A DNA stretch of 64,000 nucleotides from Minisyncoccota bacterium (GTDB lineage Bacteria > Patescibacteriota > Minisyncoccia > Phycocordibacterales > UBA9973): contig JBAYVZ010000004.1 in NCBI GenBank assembly GCA_041674285.1, positions 21,913 to 85,912 on the forward strand. Reading direction: 5' to 3'. Positions 39,291 to 46,198 of this stretch are shown piece after piece. The position numbers were made by a program, and so were the translations under genes. Under the pieces are notes generated by a model, which searched no databases, was not told where the DNA came from, and worked only from the letters and a program-made list of their open reading frames with translations. Position 1 is the stretch's first letter. Each line of letters begins with the position of its first letter.

Positions 39291-39408
39291 CCCGTTAGAA
39301 GTAGATACTCTTTAGAGTATCGTACATAATTTAACTAATAAACTCGAATATAACTAATTTATTCAAATAAAATCCGTAGCTAGAATAACATGCATGACTT
39401 CTAACGGG
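39291..39408. repeat. Palindrome-bounded element, copy C (IR CCCGTTAGAAGT / ACTTCTAACGGG) between nrdJ and the ECF-S-like gene; the left arm abuts that gene's ATG
   Basis: 39291-39302 and 39397-39408. Read on the minus strand it ends ...gatactc-taaa-gagtatc-t-acttctaacggg-ATG. Apart from compensatory stem changes it is nearly identical to the 3' end of copy A. Confidence 0.7.
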
Positions 39409-39426
39409 ATCATAAGTTTTTTTATC

Positions 39427-41796
39427 TTACACGATATCGCAAACTCCTGCAACACAAGCCAATTCTTTCTTTACCTCAGTCTCATCACGTAGTTCATAAG
39501 TCACGATCTTTGAGAAATCAAAGTCAGGCATGCGACTTGCGAGCTGTTCAAAGGTCTCTTTTGTTATCGCTTCATATGGAGCTAGCTGGTACACGTGATT
39601 TGAACGTGGTAGGAATGATAGTCCACCTACGATATCCCAGTTCTGATATAGCCAGTGCGCTACCTTGATCCATTCATTCTCCCCCACTGATATAGTCACA
39701 GATGGATTGTGCTCTGTATAATTTACCTTTACAACCTTCCAGTGCTCTAGCTGATCAATAGCAGATATATCATCTTTACATATCGCACCGTCTGGAGCTT
39801 TCATTGGGAATTCTAGAACAAAAGTATTTGCATCTTCTGCATTCTGCCCCACCTCTGCATGATATGGCACACCTTGGTCCTTCATCATTTTGAATAGTGA
39901 GTCTGTAGCAGAGATACGAACACGACGGATATAGTACGGAGCATGACGTGGGTGCATACCAGATGCACAATCCACAGTCTGAGATACAGTACCAGAAGGC
40001 TTCACTGCTGTGATACATGTAGATTCACTAACACCAAATTTCTTTGCATAAATCTTGTTTATACGGATAGCTTCTAGGCGGAGCTTTTCTAACATCTTTG
40101 CATCACGCGCCAAAGTCGAATCCCACTGACCAGTCACTGACACTCCTAGGAGTCTCTCCTCATCACAATTCTCCTTCCATTCCTTTGAAAGGTACCCGAA
40201 TTTTGTAAGTGTTGATTGATATGTTCCTAGAATTGTAGCGATACGGATCTTCTTCATCAGAGTCTTCTCTGTATCTTCTGCACGGGCTACAACTTCTGAA
40301 AGATTGCAGAACTGTTTTGATCGGAGGATAATCTCCCCACAAGGGTTTGTACCCATCTCTCCGATAAAGTCACGGGACTTTTCTACACGCCTCTTTGGTA
40401 GCGATGTATATAGTGATCCACGATTAAATATTCCACGCTCTCCTGTACCTGACTCCATAAGTGCAATCCACTCTCTTAGGAATTCTGTTTCTGTAGGTTT
40501 TGTATTGTATACAGCAGAGTTATTTGCGAGCATTCTCTGGCCTTCATTGTTCCAGAATTGACCATTCTTTGCATCACGCATGTCCTGATCATCTAGATCT
40601 GATAGTGAGATAAGTGCAGAACGACGTACTCCACCAGATACTACACACTCACCTATTTTACAGATGATATCGTGCGCATCGATATTGCGAAGATGTCTTC
40701 CTTGACGACGTAGGATACGTTCACGAGTAAAACCGAGTAGGTCTATCAATGGTTTTGGACCAGAGCTCTTGCCTCCCATGATCTTGAGACGTGCACCAGA
40801 AGGACGCAATAGAGAGAAATCGAAATCAACGTCCTCTCCGTTGAACCATGTCTTCATACCAAATACGAGTGCATCTGCCCAGCCCTCTTTTGTATCAGGA
40901 ACCACGTATGTAGGCTGCTTTTTGCCTACCTGAGTTTTGATCTGAGGAAGAGATTGAATATTCTGACTTTCGACAGAGAATCCTACTCCAGTACCACACA
41001 TAGATATGTAGACTATCTCACCAAAGTCTTGGAGCTTTGATGGTGCGATAAATGAACAATTGTACGCACATACATTTGTCTTCTCTGCTGCAGGTCCTGC
41101 GAATTGGAGTAGGCGCATTGATGGCATAGCTTCTTGCTTCAAAATACCTTCACGCACTTCTCCATACTCATCGACAGATAACATATCTCCGAGCTTTCCT
41201 TTCATGAATGACATATAGCGATCTACTGTCTCGATCCATGTCTCGCGTCTACCCTGCTCTTCGATCCATTTGGCATAAGTACGATAGTATACGAATTCAG
41301 AAAGTGGATTTCTGAAATATTTTTTACTTTCATCTGCGAGCTGCTTTACATGTGGAGGAACAGACATACTGTGTGATCGGAGACGAGCACGTTCTTCACG
41401 GTATAGGATGTAGTGCTTTGAAGTCTTTACATAATCAGAGAGCATGAGCTCCTGCTCTACGCTATCCTGGATACCCTCTACTGTAGGTACAAAGTTTTTG
41501 TACTTCTTTGCGATCTTTATCATGTCCATCAATACACGACTAGCCACTAGGTGAGCCTCTTCGATAGAGCCTTCTCCTGCTGCAAGCATAGCTTTATTAA
41601 TAGCATTCGTAATTTTTTCAATATCGAATGGAACAGTCGATCCATCACGACGTTGAACGCTTTTAATAAAATTATTCTTTATCTTTATCTCTGTTTTTTT
41701 CACAGGAGTTGCTTCTACTTTCTCTACAACCTCTACTTTTTTCGCGACCACTTTCACTTTTTTTGTAGCCTTAACTACTTTCTTTTTTGATGGCAT
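39427..41796 (-). CDS. nrdJ: Ribonucleotide reductase, class II (adenosylcobalamin-dependent), with N-terminal ATP-cone
   Basis: ATP-cone (VQRRDGSTVPFDIEKITNAINKA); active-site NPCGEI; C-terminal Cys pair CVAGVCDIV. The monomeric ~790-aa architecture has no separate beta-subunit gene, and there is no glycyl-radical motif. Confidence 0.8.
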   Translation of the reverse strand: MPSKKKVVKATKKVKVVAKKVEVVEKVEATPVKKTEIKIKNNFIKSVQRRDGSTVPFDIEKITNAINKAMLAAGEGSIEEAHLVASRVLMDMIKIAKKYKNFVPTVEGIQDSVEQELMLSDYVKTSKHYILYREERARLRSHSMSVPPHVKQLADESKKYFRNPLSEFVYYRTYAKWIEEQGRRETWIETVDRYMSFMKGKLGDMLSVDEYGEVREGILKQEAMPSMRLLQFAGPAAEKTNVCAYNCSFIAPSKLQDFGEIVYISMCGTGVGFSVESQNIQSLPQIKTQVGKKQPTYVVPDTKEGWADALVFGMKTWFNGEDVDFDFSLLRPSGARLKIMGGKSSGPKPLIDLLGFTRERILRRQGRHLRNIDAHDIICKIGECVVSGGVRRSALISLSDLDDQDMRDAKNGQFWNNEGQRMLANNSAVYNTKPTETEFLREWIALMESGTGERGIFNRGSLYTSLPKRRVEKSRDFIGEMGTNPCGEIILRSKQFCNLSEVVARAEDTEKTLMKKIRIATILGTYQSTLTKFGYLSKEWKENCDEERLLGVSVTGQWDSTLARDAKMLEKLRLEAIRINKIYAKKFGVSESTCITAVKPSGTVSQTVDCASGMHPRHAPYYIRRVRISATDSLFKMMKDQGVPYHAEVGQNAEDANTFVLEFPMKAPDGAICKDDISAIDQLEHWKVVKVNYTEHNPSVTISVGENEWIKVAHWLYQNWDIVGGLSFLPRSNHVYQLAPYEAITKETFEQLASRMPDFDFSKIVTYELRDETEVKKELACVAGVCDIV

Positions 41797-42019
41797 ATTT
41801 TTATAAAAAATTAATAATAATGTATCCTCCGATACTTTGGACTATTATTATACCGCCCGACCAAAACCATGCCAATACCCAAAACAGGCAAAAAAGCACT
41901 ATGTCGGACACTTACCCCGTCGTCAACTGCATCCCTGACAGAGCATTAAAACAGAAGTTATTTTCAGAAAAATTTACTAAAACTAAAAAACTACAAAAAA
42001 TTTCATTTTTTGTAGTTTT

Positions 42020-42499
42020 TTATCTGATTTTTTCTATTTTACAAGATAGTATATTGTAATTTTCATCAAAAACGGCACCTCCCTCAAAATATTCTCTATT
42101 TAGAAAAAATGGGAACCAATATTTATCAGATTTCCACATCTTCTCAAAAGGGATTTTATCTATATGGAACCAGTATGGAATCATCTCGTTACTCTCAACT
42201 AGAACTCCTGTACAATCCAAGCCTTCATATATATGAACTTCCTTAATAGAATCAAAAAATTCAAATTTCATAACTCCACGAAGCTCGTATTTCAATAAAT
42301 CTAAATCCGATTCCTCTTTCATCTCGCGCACGAGTGCCTGCTCCACACTCTCCTCCGGATCTACCTTGCCACCGTAGCCATTATAGTTCCCGGCGCCAAA
42401 ACGAACTTTCTTCATGCCAAGCAAAAGTTCATCCTCTTTTCGCAAGATACAAAGAGTCATAACTTGCGTAGGTTTTTGAATGTTATTTTCTTTATTCAT
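42020..42499 (-). CDS. NUDIX hydrolase (MutT-like)
   Basis: Nudix box GGKVDPEESVEQALVREMKEESDL (GX5EX7REUXEEXGU). Confidence 0.8.
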   Translation of the reverse strand: MNKENNIQKPTQVMTLCILRKEDELLLGMKKVRFGAGNYNGYGGKVDPEESVEQALVREMKEESDLDLLKYELRGVMKFEFFDSIKEVHIYEGLDCTGVLVESNEMIPYWFHIDKIPFEKMWKSDKYWFPFFLNREYFEGGAVFDENYNILSCKIEKIR

Positions 42500-42564
42500 C
42501 TTAATATTCCATATTTTAAATTATTACTATTCCAATCCCATGGGTTTGAAATAGTAAAGACTAC

Positions 42565-44277
42565 CTAGAGTACTTCTTGTTGATAACATTTCTCACAATA
42601 TACCCTCTCTGGTCGATCTGGGGCATAGGTTGTTTGAAAAGTGGTTCCGCAGTTGTTTGAACATTCGCGATTATACAAACTGAGAGGGTTTCTGTATCTT
42701 AGTCTTTCTTCGTGTCGACAATTTGGGCATAATCTAGGAATGGGTAAATTATTCTTCTTGCAAAATTCTAGTTCTTCTTTTTTTATTCTAAAAGCATATG
42801 TACATTGATTACTAAAACCTTCAACTTTACTACACAAAATAACATCATCTAATATTGAGTCATTTATTTCGGAGATACAATCAGGTAGAGTGTCCTTGTC
42901 CTGATTAGTCTTGTAGTCTCTAATGTCTCTTTCATACCAGTTATAACCCATATCAAGAGCAGTATCTTTCGAAATAGGATACATATCATTGGCAAGAGAC
43001 TCATTGTAGCCAAATAATGAAAATCCAGTAGGAAAAAACTCTCCGTACTTATAAACCCTACCCTGTTTATCTACATAAGGAATATATATCATATGTTTTT
43101 TTATTTTACCTACAGCATCAAAATATGCATCTTTTGAATATTGCTTGTTTAATATACAATATCTTGCATTCGTAAGACCAACACAACCAATACAATCAGT
43201 ACAATTTTTACATGAGATAGAATACTGTATATCTCTTGAGCTTACACACATAAAACAAGAAACTTGGTTGAAGGACCCCCCGCTGCCAGTCATTGTCTCG
43301 TACTCGAGCTCCCCAGCCAAAACCCATCCGCAATCCATTAGATCTTTTGATTTTACAATACGATAAGAATAACTAATATCTTCAGCCTCCATTATATCGA
43401 ATGATTTTTTTACATTCTTTGATCTTGTGATTATATCCCCAGAAACATCGACAGAAGCGATTACATTTGCAAAGCGATGGGTAGCAGAACTTATTAAGCC
43501 TTTAAATTCATCTTTTAAAATAACCAAGGTTTTAAAAGAACCTCTCTCTAAATCCTGGATGGCTTTTTCGTAGTCAGATTTTGATAATTTTACATTCCTA
43601 AAGACATAAGATTCATTTCTTAACCCTGAAGACATAAAACAATTCGAGCAGTTAGAACAATCAAAAAGAAATGAAGAGTCCATACAATTCTTGGATTCAA
43701 ACATATAGTGACAATTATAATTTTTCTCTGAATTTATATTCCAAGAGCACTGCTGTATATCTATACAAGACAAACAATCAAAACAATCTTTTGATCTATC
43801 TACATTTTCGGAATAAAAAATATTTTCTGATTCAATAGATGAAAAAGATAGGTATAAATTTTTAGAATTTACTATTGAGTTAGAATAGTCACTATCCAAG
43901 TTTGTCCCATATCGAATAGAAAAAACTCTCGGTTGAACATTCAAAATATTTTTAAGCTGAGTAAAAAAATCTTTAGAAAAATCAACATCTGCTGAAAATT
44001 TATACATATCCCAGTTGTCGCCAGAATAACAACTCTCACAGTAAACAGGAGCGCCATCATCCTTATAAAAAGAAATTAAATTTTTTTTACAAACACCACA
44101 AGAGCGAGAATGAAGAGATCTATTGTTTCTCCATGAGAGTCTTCGGATATTTCTACACTCCGGGCAGAATGTCGGTGGTGGGACTTTGATCTTGTCATAG
44201 AACACAAAATCCTCTGGATCAATAGTGAAATCCCCTTTGCAATTCTGACACATTCTTTTTTCTGTTTGATATTCCAT
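42565..44277 (-). CDS. Cysteine-rich zinc-ribbon repeat protein, paralog 2 (tandem with paralog 3; start taken at MEYQTEKRMCQNC)
   Basis: Same architecture as 31770-33482: CQNCKGDFTIDPEDFVFYDKIKVPPPTFCPEC ... YVDKQGRVYKYGEFFP ... CPNCRHEER...YAPDRPERVYCEKCYQQEVL. The ORF-track start at 44355 would overlap paralog 3; the internal Met at 44277 removes the overlap. Confidence 0.6.
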   Translation of the reverse strand: MEYQTEKRMCQNCKGDFTIDPEDFVFYDKIKVPPPTFCPECRNIRRLSWRNNRSLHSRSCGVCKKNLISFYKDDGAPVYCESCYSGDNWDMYKFSADVDFSKDFFTQLKNILNVQPRVFSIRYGTNLDSDYSNSIVNSKNLYLSFSSIESENIFYSENVDRSKDCFDCLSCIDIQQCSWNINSEKNYNCHYMFESKNCMDSSFLFDCSNCSNCFMSSGLRNESYVFRNVKLSKSDYEKAIQDLERGSFKTLVILKDEFKGLISSATHRFANVIASVDVSGDIITRSKNVKKSFDIMEAEDISYSYRIVKSKDLMDCGWVLAGELEYETMTGSGGSFNQVSCFMCVSSRDIQYSISCKNCTDCIGCVGLTNARYCILNKQYSKDAYFDAVGKIKKHMIYIPYVDKQGRVYKYGEFFPTGFSLFGYNESLANDMYPISKDTALDMGYNWYERDIRDYKTNQDKDTLPDCISEINDSILDDVILCSKVEGFSNQCTYAFRIKKEELEFCKKNNLPIPRLCPNCRHEERLRYRNPLSLYNRECSNNCGTTFQTTYAPDRPERVYCEKCYQQEVL

Positions 44278-44281
44278 ATTT

Positions 44282-46036
44282 TTACAATACTTCTTTTTGA
44301 TAACACTTCTCGCAATATACTTTTTCAGGTCTGTCTGGGGAGTAGCTAGTCTCAAACTCTACATCACACTGCACTACGTGATCATGATTATCCAGATCAC
44401 ACATGCACTGACGGTGCCAGAGCTTCATTGGATTACGTTTTGACAATCTGTCCGCATGACGACAGCTATAGCAAACTCGAGGCAGTGGAATAACGAGCCT
44501 CTTGTAGAAAGAAACTTCTACTTCATTCATTTTATAAGCTTTTGTGCAAGTTACATACTTATCATTGTTTATATTTTTACATTCTACAATCTCACCCAGG
44601 ATAGAATCATTTACATCAATGATTGAATCAGGCAGTTCAGAGGACTTCACAGTAATATTGTATTGTTTATTTACTTTTGGTATATATTGAAAATTTTTCT
44701 GAACTAAATCATTTTCATTCAAAGGGAAAAAGTCCCCTGCAACAGTATCATTATAAGCATAAGGAGCAATCTCTATAGGAAAAAATTCTCCATATTTATA
44801 GATATTCCCCATGCTGTCACTGTAAGGGATTTCATTCATCTGTTTTTTTATTCTGCCTAGCAACTCAAAATATTCATCTTTTTCATACTGCTTGTTGAAT
44901 ATACAATAATTTTTATTTTTCAAACTCACACAACCAAAACAATTATTGCAAGAATAGCAATTAAATGAATACTCTACATTCGTAGAATTCCAAACAACTA
45001 CACTAAATTTTACATTACTATTAGCTACACCGATACTAATACCCTCATAAGTAAGTTCTGACTTTCCACCTGCACCAGGGCCGACATCGTATGAATCCTT
45101 CAATCCAAAAGTCCCCCAGTTACAATATTTGATATTCTCGACACCCCTTGGCAGATCAAAAGAATAATATGCATCTTTTGCATTTTGCATATTATCCCCC
45201 ACCACATTTACACAGTTGGTAAGCTGGGCGTATTTCCTAATGGCATTTTTCTTTAATAACTCAAATGATGCCTTATGATTTTGAATTGATGCATAACTAC
45301 TCAAATTAAATTCTTTAATTTTTTCTTTATATTCATCTTTTGAGTATTGAATATTGTTTATGCAATAAGATTTATTTCTCAAACTATTACACATAAAACA
45401 ATCAGTACAATTCCTACAGTCAAAAAGAAAATATGAATTTACACAGTTATATGAGTTCTCGCTATAAAACAATCGAGACGAATCCCCACAATAAATATCC
45501 TCGTACGAGAAATCTAGCTTGTGGCTGATATATGAATCTACTGTATTCTGACAAAATGATATCCTGTTTGAATACATAGAATCTTCACATGTCCAAACAG
45601 CAGAAAGCATATAATTATTTTTACTCTCAGTAATATAATTACAAAATTGATTATTTACACCCTTGCTATCAAAAAAAGAAATCAGGGGTGTTCTATATAA
45701 AAGATCTTTATACTGAGAAAAGAAATCTCGAGATAAATCATATTCGCAACCAAAAGATATAGCATCCCAACTATCACTCCACCAATAAGTATTGTCGTAA
45801 GAGGAAACAGGAATACTCTCAGGGTAAGTAGAGATCATTTTTTCTTCGGAGCCAGGCTTGTCATTCTTTCGAAAGTACAGACCTCTCTCATTTCTCCAAG
45901 CTAGACGTCTCTGCATTCTACACTCCGGACAGAATGTCGGTGGTGGGACTTTGATCTTGTCATAGAACACAAAATCCTCGGGCTCTACTACGAACTCCCC
46001 TTTGCAATTCACGCACGCTCTCGTTTCTGGGCTCAT
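44282..46036 (-). CDS. Cysteine-rich zinc-ribbon repeat protein, paralog 3
   Basis: CVNCKGEFVVEPEDFVFYDKIKVPPPTFCPECR ... LRNKSYCINNIQYSKDEY ... NKNYCIFNKQYEKDEYF...YSDSMGNIYKYGEFFP ... CYSCRHADR...YSPDRPEKVYCEKCYQKEVL. A 50-nt stretch at its 5' end is identical to paralog 2 at the DNA level. Confidence 0.6.
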   Translation of the reverse strand: MSPETRACVNCKGEFVVEPEDFVFYDKIKVPPPTFCPECRMQRRLAWRNERGLYFRKNDKPGSEEKMISTYPESIPVSSYDNTYWWSDSWDAISFGCEYDLSRDFFSQYKDLLYRTPLISFFDSKGVNNQFCNYITESKNNYMLSAVWTCEDSMYSNRISFCQNTVDSYISHKLDFSYEDIYCGDSSRLFYSENSYNCVNSYFLFDCRNCTDCFMCNSLRNKSYCINNIQYSKDEYKEKIKEFNLSSYASIQNHKASFELLKKNAIRKYAQLTNCVNVVGDNMQNAKDAYYSFDLPRGVENIKYCNWGTFGLKDSYDVGPGAGGKSELTYEGISIGVANSNVKFSVVVWNSTNVEYSFNCYSCNNCFGCVSLKNKNYCIFNKQYEKDEYFELLGRIKKQMNEIPYSDSMGNIYKYGEFFPIEIAPYAYNDTVAGDFFPLNENDLVQKNFQYIPKVNKQYNITVKSSELPDSIIDVNDSILGEIVECKNINNDKYVTCTKAYKMNEVEVSFYKRLVIPLPRVCYSCRHADRLSKRNPMKLWHRQCMCDLDNHDHVVQCDVEFETSYSPDRPEKVYCEKCYQKEVL

Positions 46037-46077
46037 AAATATAAGTATACATTTCCAGATGATTTACACAATACATA

Positions 46078-46106
46078 ACAAAAAACCACCCAATGGGTGG
46101 TTTTTG
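46078..46106. terminator. Terminator hairpin aaaaaaccacccaatgggtggttttt (shared core with the 529-556 and 57486-57514 terminators)
   Basis: CCACCC-AAT-GGGTGG stem with flanking A/T runs. Confidence 0.55.
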
Positions 46107-46198
46107 TTTAGAATTATTTTCTTGATTCGATGATAGTTGTAGCCATCCCAAAGGAAAGAGTACTTCCTACGGGACAGGCATTCTGAGGTGTGAGTATA

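Noticed and set aside
39291-39426. Cobalamin riboswitch in the leader between nrdJ and the ECF-S-like gene
   Set aside because: The leader is ~110 nt and lacks the B12 box (…GCCACTG…) and conserved P2-P6 elements. It is instead a member of the palindrome-bounded element family.
46037-46198. Missing tuf downstream of fusA, and a possible ncRNA in the fusA 3' region
   Set aside because: The region holds a standard terminator and a weak imperfect palindrome (ggaaagagtacttcc); there is no coding potential or conserved RNA motif. tuf is simply elsewhere.
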